DNA of 46,602 nt from Minisyncoccota bacterium (lineage in GTDB: Bacteria; Patescibacteriota; Minisyncoccia; Phycocordibacterales; JACOZG01): positions 1 through 46,602 of the forward strand of contig JAGVGK010000027.1 in NCBI GenBank assembly GCA_020057185.1, given 5' to 3'. The position numbers were made by a program, and so were the translations under genes. The notes beneath the pieces were generated by a model that was not told where the DNA came from, made no database searches, and was given only the letters and a program-made list of their open reading frames with translations. Positions 38,393 to 46,602 of the stretch are shown here, piece after piece; position 1 is the first letter of the stretch, and each line of letters starts with the position of its first letter.

Positions 38393-38564
38393 TAACTAAA
38401 AAGGGCTGTTCTCGCTAACCCTACTAACCCTAAAGGTTTGTGTTTTGCTTGTGTACCATATTTATTGACTTAAAACATAAGGGGCGATAGTATATAGGAG
38501 GATAGCAAGTCCTGAAATTGCGTAATTTTAGGCAAACCTTGAAATAGTGTAGGGAGGATTGGCG

Positions 38565-39041
38565 ATGAAAAGTTCGAGAGCCGAAAGAGCCGCTGGTCAA
38601 TTAGAGGAGAGGGAACGCGCGGTTGAATTTTGGCGGAAGCATATCGAGCATCTGATAAGCAAAAGATTAGTGGAAGATCTCGCCCTGCAAGCTCTCGTCG
38701 ATCTTGGTGTTACTAAAATAAAAAACATTGGCTGGCAAGGAGGGAAAATTCGGCCGGGCAAGCCAGGTCAATGGGATGTCTTCCGTGCTCTTGCGGGGAA
38801 ATTCAGCCAAGTTGAATGCTTAATTCTCTCCGATCTTTCGGTCATTGATTTGGCCATCGCCACGCGACGGGTTCGTTTGTTGAAAACAGGGGTTGACCCA
38901 AATAATTCCACTGAAGTTGCAGAATTTGATCGTATCCAGCGGATGTCGTCTAGCGAAGTTGAACGCTTGACTGAAACTTATTTTGATCTTGAGCTTGAGC
39001 GTCTCGAGGCTAGTCTCGCTGACTGTGATCCAAGTCGTTGA
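38565..39041 (+). CDS. Orphan hypothetical protein
   Basis: GGGAGG SD, TTGACT-17-TAGTAT promoter, terminator GAGACCC/GGGTCTC plus T-tract at ~39049-39075. Confidence 0.65.
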   Translation: MKSSRAERAAGQLEERERAVEFWRKHIEHLISKRLVEDLALQALVDLGVTKIKNIGWQGGKIRPGKPGQWDVFRALAGKFSQVECLILSDLSVIDLAIATRRVRLLKTGVDPNNSTEVAEFDRIQRMSSSEVERLTETYFDLELERLEASLADCDPSR

Positions 39042-39073
39042 ATTACAGGAGACCCATCGCGGGTCTCTTTTTT

Positions 39074-40372
39074 TTATCGCTTCTGCCACTCTGGTTCTTG
39101 TCTAGCCAGAAGTTTTTCTTTGTCTTCGGGATGAAGCATAATTTCTTCCACGACTCGTTCGAGTCGCCCGGCTTGCGAACCTTTAACTAAAATAACATCG
39201 CCCGATGCCAAAAGAGGTTGAAGTGCTTGTCCCGCTTCGCGGGCGTCGTCGAAATGGAAAAGTTTTTTTGACTCGAAGCCAGCCTCTGCAGCGCCATCAT
39301 TGATAAACTTAGCCCGCACGCCGACTGTAATAATCAGCCCGCAAATTTTAGCGGCTATTTTTCCAATTTCCCGATGCGCGTCAATAGTGTAAGTACCGAG
39401 TTCGAGCATATCACCCAAGACGGCAATTTTGCGCCCGTCATTGGGAAAATTTTTAAGTGTTTCCAAAGCGGCAGTTGTTGCTTCCGGCGAAGCATTATAA
39501 CTATCATCAAGAATTAAAGTATTTTTAATTCCCTCGATCAATCGGCCTCGCCCGGGTGGCGGTTGATAAGTTTCTAACGCTTGAATAATCGGCAAAATTG
39601 GATAGTTCGCCGAAACGCCAACGGCAAGCCCGGCCAGAATGGCGTAGAGTTGTTGGCGACCGTAGAGCTGGGTGAGTCGGAGAGGCAGAGTGTGGCCGGC
39701 GTAGTCAATTTTGCCCGTCAATCCTTTTAACGAGAGTTGATCGTCACTAATTCTAATCTCCGCTAAATTATTCCAACCGAAACGAATAATTTTCCGTTGT
39801 CCCAATTTTTTCTCCGCGATAAGTTTCTCCACCAATTCTCGAACGCGCTCGTCATCGGCGTTTATCACAATCGTCCCCTTCGGTTTGACCACCTTGAGCA
39901 GGGCTCCCTTCTCGGCAAAAAGTGCTTCTGGTGAGGGGAAAAATTCAACATGCACTGGCACGAGAGGTAAACTAGTGAGAACGGCGATATCCGGACGAAG
40001 CCACCGACCGAGTGATTGAATATCGCCAACACGATCCGCCCCGATTTCAAGAACTAGCCATTCCGGATACGGCGTTCGGAAAATAATCAGACGAAGACCG
40101 TGAATAATATTTTTCAACCACCCAAGCGGATGGTGCCAAGCGTTGGCGGCACCCAAAATTGTGAGTGGCACGCCGATCTCGCTGTTATAACTTTTGGGAC
40201 TTGCCCGAACGGTGGTCGCGGTTTGGAGCGCCAGAGCGATCGCGTCTTTAGCGCTGGTTTTGCCCACACTGCCGGTGATCGCCACAATTTTGGGCTGATA
40301 ACGGTAAAGAATCAGCTTGGCTTCCCAGCGAAGAATTAGGGTAATTAAATAACGGAAAAATGATTTAATCAT
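39074..40372 (-). CDS. murF: UDP-MurNAc-tripeptide--D-Ala-D-Ala ligase
   Basis: ITGSVGKTS, N..IGVP, DDSYNASP, LGDMLELG, VKGS. Confidence 0.92.
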   Translation of the reverse strand: MIKSFFRYLITLILRWEAKLILYRYQPKIVAITGSVGKTSAKDAIALALQTATTVRASPKSYNSEIGVPLTILGAANAWHHPLGWLKNIIHGLRLIIFRTPYPEWLVLEIGADRVGDIQSLGRWLRPDIAVLTSLPLVPVHVEFFPSPEALFAEKGALLKVVKPKGTIVINADDERVRELVEKLIAEKKLGQRKIIRFGWNNLAEIRISDDQLSLKGLTGKIDYAGHTLPLRLTQLYGRQQLYAILAGLAVGVSANYPILPIIQALETYQPPPGRGRLIEGIKNTLILDDSYNASPEATTAALETLKNFPNDGRKIAVLGDMLELGTYTIDAHREIGKIAAKICGLIITVGVRAKFINDGAAEAGFESKKLFHFDDAREAGQALQPLLASGDVILVKGSQAGRLERVVEEIMLHPEDKEKLLARQEPEWQKR

Positions 40373-40375
40373 ACT

Positions 40376-42079
40376 TTAGCGATCGGGGGTAATTTGGTAG
40401 TAGTTTAGCAGAAATTTGGTGATATTAAAAAATGGTTTAGTTAAAGTTGCGGAAGCATACTCGGCGCCTTGAGGTTCAACCGCGAAGAGAAAGACACTAA
40501 ATCGCGGCTGGCTGGCGGGGAAATAACCAAAAAAGGAGTGCAAAAAACGATCGGGATAATAACCGGCACCGGGTTTCGAGATTTGAGCCGTCCCGGTCTT
40601 GGCGGCCACTTGATAACGAGGCAGACTTTCTTGGATATGAGACAGGGCCTTGTCACCGACCTTAACGAGCATTGCGGTAATCGTGTTCGCTGTTTCGGCG
40701 CTAACCACTCGACTCTTGATCACGGGCTTAGTTTCCACCGTCGGCTGATTCTCATAATCAATTTCTTTAGTGACAAAAGGTTGAACTAGCTGACCGTCAT
40801 TGGCCAACGACGAGAGCGCGGTAAGCGCGGTGAGTGGGGTCATCGAAATGCCTTGACCGAAAGAGGCGGTGGCGTATTCAACCGCGCGATGATTTTTAAA
40901 ATTGTCCTGGCCACTAATCTCGCCCGGGAGATCAATCCCCGTTTTTTCGTTCAAAAGACCAAAGGTTTGAAAATATTTTTCGAACCGATCCATGCCTAAT
41001 TGTTGCATCACATAAATCGCGCCGGTGTTGAGTGATTGATTGAGAACTTCTTGCATTGAGACAATCCCCCGTCCACGGCGATCCCAATTTCCAATCTCTT
41101 GATTGCCGAAGGCAATAACTCCGCGATCATCATAAGTGCTGTCGGGAGTAACGACTTTGGCATCGAGACCGGCGCTCATGGTTAGCAGTTTGATAATCGA
41201 ACCCATTTCGTAGGCGCCTTGAACTAGCGGATTGGTTAGATTTTTGATATCAAATTGTTTACCACCCGGATCGAAACCGGGCCGAGCGCCGAGAGCGATA
41301 ATCGCGCCAGTTTTAGGATCCATAATAATTCCCCCGATTAGCTTTGGATGCCAAGCGGTGTTAATCGCTTCTAATTCTTGTTCCAAAAAGTTTTCCACTG
41401 TTGGTTCGATAGTGGTCACGATGTCTCCAAATTGTGCATCGGACGTTGACGCATCAGTTAGACCAAGGAAAAAGTGCCCGAGGAAATTGGAAAAACCGAG
41501 TGGGTCGGCGCGACGCAAAATTTGATCATGCTGTTTCTCGAGGCCATATTGACCGGCATAATCATTTTCTCCGCCCTGGGAACTCATCCGGCCGAGCAAG
41601 TGCGCCGCTAATGTCCCGCCTGGGTAGTAGCGCCAATTTTCTTCAACGAGTTGAACACCAGCGAGCTGGAGATTTTTAATTGCCTCGGCTTGTTCGGCGG
41701 TTAAATGAGAAGCTAATTCTTCGTACGGATCATTAGGTTTGCCGGCGCGTTTTAAAAAATTAGCATAATCAAGCGGGGTAATTGCGGTGAGTGCGTTGTA
41801 AACTGCCTCAGGATTTTTAAGCTGGGTGGGATTAATGACGAGAGAATAACCCGACTGAATGGTGGCGCCAGAAACCCGCTGGCCGTCACGGCTGGTGAAA
41901 TAAATTGTTCCACGGTCAAAGACTTTATTCGCGGGTTTTTTATATTCCTGATCCGCTTCAGTTCGATAATTCTCCCCTTTCACGACCTGAACGAAAAAAA
42001 GTTTCGCGGTCAAGAGACTGGCCACGACCAGAAAAATTGCCGAAAGAAGATGGAGACGGAGATTTTTATTCTTGGCCAT
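40376..42079 (-). CDS. ftsI: Class B penicillin-binding protein
   Basis: RG.I, R.YP, SIIK, SLN, KTGT; position in the dcw cluster. Confidence 0.88.
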   Translation of the reverse strand: MAKNKNLRLHLLSAIFLVVASLLTAKLFFVQVVKGENYRTEADQEYKKPANKVFDRGTIYFTSRDGQRVSGATIQSGYSLVINPTQLKNPEAVYNALTAITPLDYANFLKRAGKPNDPYEELASHLTAEQAEAIKNLQLAGVQLVEENWRYYPGGTLAAHLLGRMSSQGGENDYAGQYGLEKQHDQILRRADPLGFSNFLGHFFLGLTDASTSDAQFGDIVTTIEPTVENFLEQELEAINTAWHPKLIGGIIMDPKTGAIIALGARPGFDPGGKQFDIKNLTNPLVQGAYEMGSIIKLLTMSAGLDAKVVTPDSTYDDRGVIAFGNQEIGNWDRRGRGIVSMQEVLNQSLNTGAIYVMQQLGMDRFEKYFQTFGLLNEKTGIDLPGEISGQDNFKNHRAVEYATASFGQGISMTPLTALTALSSLANDGQLVQPFVTKEIDYENQPTVETKPVIKSRVVSAETANTITAMLVKVGDKALSHIQESLPRYQVAAKTGTAQISKPGAGYYPDRFLHSFFGYFPASQPRFSVFLFAVEPQGAEYASATLTKPFFNITKFLLNYYQITPDR

Positions 42080-42368
42080 CACTACGCGAGGCGAGATAAG
42101 AGGCGTGGGGTTCAGACGCTAGGAAACCGCGAGCCAAAGCTAATTCAAGAGTGATACTATTGCGAAGCGCGAACGCCCGTGTTTCCAAAGAAGTAATTTC
42201 CTTAGCCACGGCGCTAGTTTTATGTTCTAGCGCGCCAATTTCTTTGATTTGGAAAGCGATACCATAGGTGAAAAAAATATAACCAACAATCGCGAGCGCA
42301 ATAAAACCAAGCAGAGCAATAGTCTGCCCTTCGCGATGATCGTATGTTTTGGAAACAGTGCTAGTCAT
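42066..42368 (-). CDS. FtsL-like bitopic coiled-coil protein
   Basis: TM plus coiled coil, between rsmH and ftsI. Confidence 0.65.
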   Translation of the reverse strand: MTSTVSKTYDHREGQTIALLGFIALAIVGYIFFTYGIAFQIKEIGALEHKTSAVAKEITSLETRAFALRNSITLELALARGFLASEPHASYLASRSDGQE

Positions 42369-42372
42369 GTTA

Positions 42373-43266
42373 TTAATTTATTTTAGAAATAATCCGCAGG
42401 GTGGCACTACGAGAGCGTGGATTTCGAAGTTGTTCGGCTCGGCTAGGTTTAATGGCGTGTTTAGTCAGAAGCTCTCCTTCCCCGGCTCGAACCCAATTAC
42501 GAAAACATTCCTTCACGATCCGAGCTTCCAAACTATGAAAGCTGATCACCGCCAGTCGACCGCCTGGATTCAAGTGTCGCCAGATAGCCGAGAGACCGTC
42601 AGTGAGCGCGCCGAGTTCATTGTTGACCGCAATTCGCAAGGCTTGGAAAGTTTTGGTGGCGAAATGTTTCCGACCGAAACGATAACCTTTCGGCACCGCG
42701 CGGGCGATAATTTCGACGAGCTGGAAGGTGGTGAGAATCGGCGCGGTTCGGCGAGCGAGAACAATGGCTTCAGTAATCCGTCGGGCGTAACCTTCTTCAC
42801 CGTAACGAGCGATGAGATCGGCGAGATCGGTGGCTGGCAATTCATTCACCAGTCGCGCGGCGTTCAAGCCTTCCGTGTCACCGTCCGTGAAAGTCATCAG
42901 AAGTGGGCCATCGGTCTGAAAGCTGAACCCGCGGGCCGGATCAACGAGTTGGGGTGATGAGAGTCCGAGGTCAAGCAACGCGCGGTCGAGGCGATCAATC
43001 CCGAGCGCCGAGAGATGAGTATCCAGATCGCGAAAGTTGCCAGGCCGAAAAAGTTTGGCGCTTGCAAGGTCGGCAAGATTTTGCTCCGCTCGGGCAACCG
43101 CTTCGGGATCGGCGTCCAAACCAATTAGTCGTCCCGTCGCGCCGATTATTTCGCCAATCGCTCGCGCGTGTCCACCATCACCGAGAGTGCCATCCAAGAC
43201 GGTCAATCCGGGATGGAGATCCAAACCCGCAATCACTTCGTGTAAAAGAACTGGTTCGTGACTCAT
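42373..43266 (-). CDS. rsmH: 16S rRNA m4C1402 methyltransferase
   Basis: HEPVLL.E, DGTLG.GGH, DLGLSS.Q, FQALRIAVN.E, SFHSLE, NPRSRSA. Confidence 0.97.
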   Translation of the reverse strand: MSHEPVLLHEVIAGLDLHPGLTVLDGTLGDGGHARAIGEIIGATGRLIGLDADPEAVARAEQNLADLASAKLFRPGNFRDLDTHLSALGIDRLDRALLDLGLSSPQLVDPARGFSFQTDGPLLMTFTDGDTEGLNAARLVNELPATDLADLIARYGEEGYARRITEAIVLARRTAPILTTFQLVEIIARAVPKGYRFGRKHFATKTFQALRIAVNNELGALTDGLSAIWRHLNPGGRLAVISFHSLEARIVKECFRNWVRAGEGELLTKHAIKPSRAEQLRNPRSRSATLRIISKIN

Positions 43267-43278
43267 GTCAGGCGAGAT

Positions 43279-43713
43279 TTAGAAGACGCCGATCTCGCCC
43301 AACTTCTCCGCTAAAACATCCGCTTGCTTCTCAATCTTCGCCACATGCTCACGCCACCTCTCTTCATCCCAAATCTCGATTCGATCGCTGATACCAGCAA
43401 CGACCACTTTCGTCTTCAACCCGGCGAATTCTTTCAAAAAATCGGGAATCAAAATTCGCCCCATCGAATCCACCGCACTCTCGACCGCGCCCGCGAGCAT
43501 GAAGCGATTGAAGCCACGGGTATCGGCCTGCCCCATCGATAAGCGCGAGAGCTTCTCCACCATCTTCTCCCACTGCTTGACCGGATAGACGAAGAGACAA
43601 GTGTCGAGACCGCGCGTGATCACCACCTTACGCCCAACGGTTCGCCGGAAAGTCGCCGGCACGGCAATTCTCTTTTTCAAATCTAAAATGTGCCGATATT
43701 CGCCGATGAGCAT
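43279..43713 (-). CDS. mraZ: Transcriptional regulator MraZ
   Basis: GEY...D.K.R..VP, D..GRILIP, IEIWD; start set at ATG 43713. Confidence 0.96.
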   Translation of the reverse strand: MLIGEYRHILDLKKRIAVPATFRRTVGRKVVITRGLDTCLFVYPVKQWEKMVEKLSRLSMGQADTRGFNRFMLAGAVESAVDSMGRILIPDFLKEFAGLKTKVVVAGISDRIEIWDEERWREHVAKIEKQADVLAEKLGEIGVF

Positions 43714-43740
43714 AAAATTTTTATTCCCAAAACCAACTCG

Positions 43741-43808
43741 CCCCACTTCAACCCACTGCCACTCTATTATAAACCACTCTCCCCCACTGTCCAACATACT
43801 TATCCACA
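43741..43808 (-). promoter_or_regulatory. dcw promoter with MraZ-type GTGG repeats and an adjacent DnaA box
   Basis: Five AGTGG repeats around TATAAT on the minus strand; perfect TTATCCACA at 43800-43808. Confidence 0.7.
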
Positions 43809-43932
43809 GGCAAATTTAGACCCCAGTTTGAAGATTGATTACACGCTTGACTGAATTACTAGTAATAAGGTAAACTAAAAATGAGAGTCTGAGTCGTTCC
43901 CGTTTGTTTTGTTGGATGAAAGGAAATAAAGA

Positions 43933-44094
43933 ATGTCTCTAAAGGTAAGATTGATCACCAAAGAGTTGAAATGCTCTACGTGCGGAAACATTCAAAGCAT
44001 TCAACGAAAGCGAAGTAAGAATAGGGCTAAGGGGCACATTAAACATTTGTGGTGTTACCTTTGCAAAAAAAGAACACCTCATCAGGAACAGTAA
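43933..44094 (+). CDS. Small zinc-ribbon protein, L33-like (53 aa), absent from the ORF track
   Basis: MSLKVRLITKELKCSTCGNIQSIQRKRSKNRAKGHIKHLWCYLCKKRTPHQEQ; AAAGGA SD, TTGACT-18-TAAACT, terminator at ~44116-44153. Confidence 0.8.
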   Translation: MSLKVRLITKELKCSTCGNIQSIQRKRSKNRAKGHIKHLWCYLCKKRTPHQEQ

Positions 44095-44190
44095 GTAGAA
44101 TAGTAGGTCTAACTCCTACCCTAAGCGCTCATTTGCGCCGGGTGGGTTTTTTTATTTATCTTCTCGAAAACTTTTGTGAACTTAAATTGG

Positions 44191-44241
44191 TTAACCATTT
44201 TTCGGTCTTAAGGTTGGGAAATAAATCACTTCGCGAATGTT
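44191..44241 (-). pseudogene. Displaced duplicate of the lysS 3' end
   Basis: Encodes NIREVIYFPTLRPKNG*; 44200-44241 vs 44761-44802 is 37/42 identical, all five differences synonymous. Confidence 0.9.
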
Positions 44242-44481
44242 TTATTGGATGGGAGGAATTTCCTCCTGACAAGGTCCGGCGTTTTCTTTTTGTTTAAATG
44301 TCTAAAACCGATATGCTAAATAATTCACGACCGTGCGCTATTTATCATACGGGTATAAGCGGGTATAAGTTTTTGATGTCTTACAAAACTCACGATCGTG
44401 GATTTATTAAGAACAGGGCTCGCTTTTACTTTGATAACAAAAGCGACCCTTGTGAGGTCGCTACGCAGTTCATGAAGCAGA

Positions 44482-44682
44482 TTAAATGGTCGTTGATCGG
44501 TGTAATTCTTCCAACGGGAGAATCCGATCCTCGAGAAGCTTCTTGATCGCCATGTCAGCCTTACTCGATGGATCGAGAAATCCAGTAGTTTCAAATTGGA
44601 TGACCCTTTTCTCTGCTCGCTCGATTGCTTTTTCTAATGCCATCCGTACATCGGTGGAAACAGTTTTTTCCCACATTACCAT
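44482..44682 (-). CDS. Orphan hypothetical protein (66 aa)
   Basis: GGGAG SD upstream; lies between lysS and its displaced 3' end. Confidence 0.45.
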   Translation of the reverse strand: MVMWEKTVSTDVRMALEKAIERAEKRVIQFETTGFLDPSSKADMAIKKLLEDRILPLEELHRSTTI

Positions 44683-44757
44683 TATATAGCTCCCAAAAAA
44701 GAACTGGTTGAACGAGGCTAGTCACTAATTTATATCAACTAGATTATGATGTCAAAT

Positions 44758-46224
44758 TTATTTCGGTCTCAAGGTGGGGAAATAAATGACTTCGCGGATA
44801 TTGGTGGTGTTGGTGAGAAGCATCACGAGACGATCCACACCGATGCCGACGCCACCCGCCGGGGGCATGCCGTATTCTAACGCCTCCAGGAAGTCGTTGT
44901 CTTTTAGTTGCGCTTCACTATCCCCTGCCGTGTGATTCGATTCTTGGGCGTTGAAACGTTCAGCCTGCTCAAGAGGATCATTCAATTCCGAAAACGCCTT
45001 GGCAATCTCGAGTCCGCCAATCACCAATTGGAAAGCGTCCACCAGGGTTGGGCTATCAGTTCGACCTTTCGCGAGAGGCAAAGCTGATTTCGGATAATCA
45101 ACAATGAAGGTTGGCTGAATCAGTTTCGGGCGACACACTTTTTTATAAATATAATCCATCACCATTTCTCGATTGGCGCCGGGTGGTAAAATGATTGCCA
45201 ATTGCGTCGCCTTAAGCGTCAACTCGCGGAGATCGGCGGTTTCGGGATTGGCGATGAGCGCTTGCCGTTTGAGCAAATCAAAAAAAGAAATTACCTTAAA
45301 TCGTTCACTAAAATTAATGAGTTGGGTGTTGTAAGTTAAACTGGCAGTTTTAGTTATTTTACGAACTAGTTTCTTAATTAATTCTTCGACAAAAGCGCGC
45401 TGGGCTTCAACGTCGCTGTAAGCTTCATAGAATTCCAACATCGTGAATTCGGGATTATGCGTCGCGTCAATCCCCTCATTGCGAAAACAGCGCGAGAATT
45501 CATAAATTTTAGAAAAGTTACCGACTAACATTCGTTTGAGGTAGAGTTCGGGAGAAATTCGAAGGTAGAGAGGCAGATCCAACGCTTTGTGATGTGTTTT
45601 GAAAGGGACAGCACTGGCGCCACCGTAGAGTGGTTGGAGAATTGGTGTCTCAACTTCTAGATAATCAGCTTTGTTCAAAATTTCACGCAAGGCAGTAATT
45701 ATTGATGAGCGAATAAAGAAACGATTTTTAACCACTTCGTCCATCAAGCTATCCAGATAGCGTCGACGAAATCGTTCTTCAATATCGGTTAATCCATGCC
45801 ATTTATCAGGTAGAGGACGAAGCGTCTTGACCAGTGGTTGCCACTCCCGGGCGAAGAGCGTGCGTTCTTGCCGTTTAGTGAGACCGACACTGCCCGTCGC
45901 GGTGATGAAATCACCACGATCAATCGTCTCGATGAACAAATTGAAACTCTCGTCACCGACCACATCTTGTTTGATGAGTGTCTGTAGTCGTCCGGTGCCA
46001 TCATCAAGATCAACGAAACATAACGCGCCCTGATGTCGAAGTCCCATTACCCGACCGGCGATGGTCAGCGGTTTGCATCGTTTGGTGAGCGTGGCGAAGC
46101 GAGCGATTACTGCCTCAATGGTCAACTCGCGGTTGGTGGTGATGGGATAAGGATCCTGTCCTGTCGCGCGAAGGGTCGTTAGTTTTTGGATTCGTTCCCC
46201 ACGAAGCTCATCGAGTGAAGCCAT
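44758..46224 (-). CDS. lysS: Lysine--tRNA ligase (class II)
   Basis: PLPDKWHG, RRRYLD, YLRISPELYLK, FRNEG, HNPEFT, YGMPPAGG.GIGVDR. Confidence 0.98.
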   Translation of the reverse strand: MASLDELRGERIQKLTTLRATGQDPYPITTNRELTIEAVIARFATLTKRCKPLTIAGRVMGLRHQGALCFVDLDDGTGRLQTLIKQDVVGDESFNLFIETIDRGDFITATGSVGLTKRQERTLFAREWQPLVKTLRPLPDKWHGLTDIEERFRRRYLDSLMDEVVKNRFFIRSSIITALREILNKADYLEVETPILQPLYGGASAVPFKTHHKALDLPLYLRISPELYLKRMLVGNFSKIYEFSRCFRNEGIDATHNPEFTMLEFYEAYSDVEAQRAFVEELIKKLVRKITKTASLTYNTQLINFSERFKVISFFDLLKRQALIANPETADLRELTLKATQLAIILPPGANREMVMDYIYKKVCRPKLIQPTFIVDYPKSALPLAKGRTDSPTLVDAFQLVIGGLEIAKAFSELNDPLEQAERFNAQESNHTAGDSEAQLKDNDFLEALEYGMPPAGGVGIGVDRLVMLLTNTTNIREVIYFPTLRPK

Positions 46225-46233
46225 GGCAAGTGA

Positions 46234-46602
46234 TTAAGCAATTCGAATAATTTCGTAGACCACTTCGCCCTTAGGCGTCGGTACCGTCACTTGGTCACCT
46301 TTTTTCTTTTTTAACAAATTTGAACCAAGTGGTGATAAATAAGAAATTTTACCCGCGGCGAGATCAACTTCTTCGGGCCCGACAATTTGATATTTTATTT
46401 CTTCACTTCCCGATTGCTTTTTAACCGTCAAGGTTGAACCGACTTCCGCTTGAGAGCCGTGATGAGTCGAGGGCGAAATAATCTCCGAAATTTTGAGCAG
46501 GTTTTCCAATTGGGCGATGCGATCTTCAGCCTCGGCTTGCTCTTCTCTGGCTGATTGATATTCAGCATTCTCCGACAAGTCGCCAAGCGATTTGGCAAAT
46601 TC
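46234..46602 (-). CDS. greA: Transcription elongation factor GreA (5' end outside the window)
   Basis: GDLSENAEY..A, IVG..E, ISY.SPLG..L. Confidence 0.95.
   Translation of the reverse strand, partial: EFAKSLGDLSENAEYQSAREEQAEAEDRIAQLENLLKISEIISPSTHHGSQAEVGSTLTVKKQSGSEEIKYQIVGPEEVDLAAGKISYLSPLGSNLLKKKKGDQVTVPTPKGEVVYEIIRIA

Noticed and set aside
33630..38460. Integrase-type genomic island at tRNA-Glu
   Set aside because: No integrase and no duplicated tRNA 3' end found at the distal border
42349..43391. Long antisense ORFs over rsmH (and similar ones over rmuC and ctpA)
   Set aside because: No motifs; expected shadows of GC-richer genes
43800..43930. Replication origin
   Set aside because: Only one perfect DnaA box; no box cluster and no dnaA/dnaN nearby
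44191..44241. lysS duplicate as a DGR template/variable repeat pair
   Set aside because: Mismatches are synonymous third-position changes, not adenine-specific; no reverse transcriptase in the window
44049..44594. ORFs 44049..44297, 44298..44546 and 44325..44594
   Set aside because: They cross a terminator, the lysS remnant or repeat motifs, and have no convincing SD or protein motif

Overview
Bacterial chromosome segment using genetic code 11. Gene content and style (short AspRS, streamlined housekeeping set, genes lacking SD sequences) suggest Patescibacteria/CPR, Parcubacteria-like; this is an inference. The backbone holds folD, trpS, aspS, scpA/scpB, dac-mraY-ftsW-murG, gltX, rpmA, rplI, ctpA, corA, cysS, dnaB, recR, rplU, gdhA, rmuC, tRNA-Glu(CTC), mraZ-rsmH-ftsL-ftsI-murF, lysS and greA. 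Accessory defence loci are a BcgI-like type IIB R-M pair, a PIN TA pair and an EcoRI-family MTase/2x RhuM/DUF262-HNH island. Structure not explained by the gene calls: (1) many self-contained single-gene or ORF-less cassettes with canonical -35/-10, a boxA-like leader motif, strong SD and intrinsic terminator, in contrast to near-leaderless housekeeping genes; (2) displaced gene ends beside inserted DNA (synonymously diverged lysS 3' end, histidine-kinase 3' end, tRNA-Glu-like 5' end, DUF262 5' end); (3) a recurrent 36-bp imperfect palindrome with a CACGATCGTG core at cassette borders; (4) a GIY-YIG gene flanked by double-hairpin repeats at tRNA-Glu, plus tiny palindromes inserted in frame in several genes; (5) three candidate structured ncRNAs.
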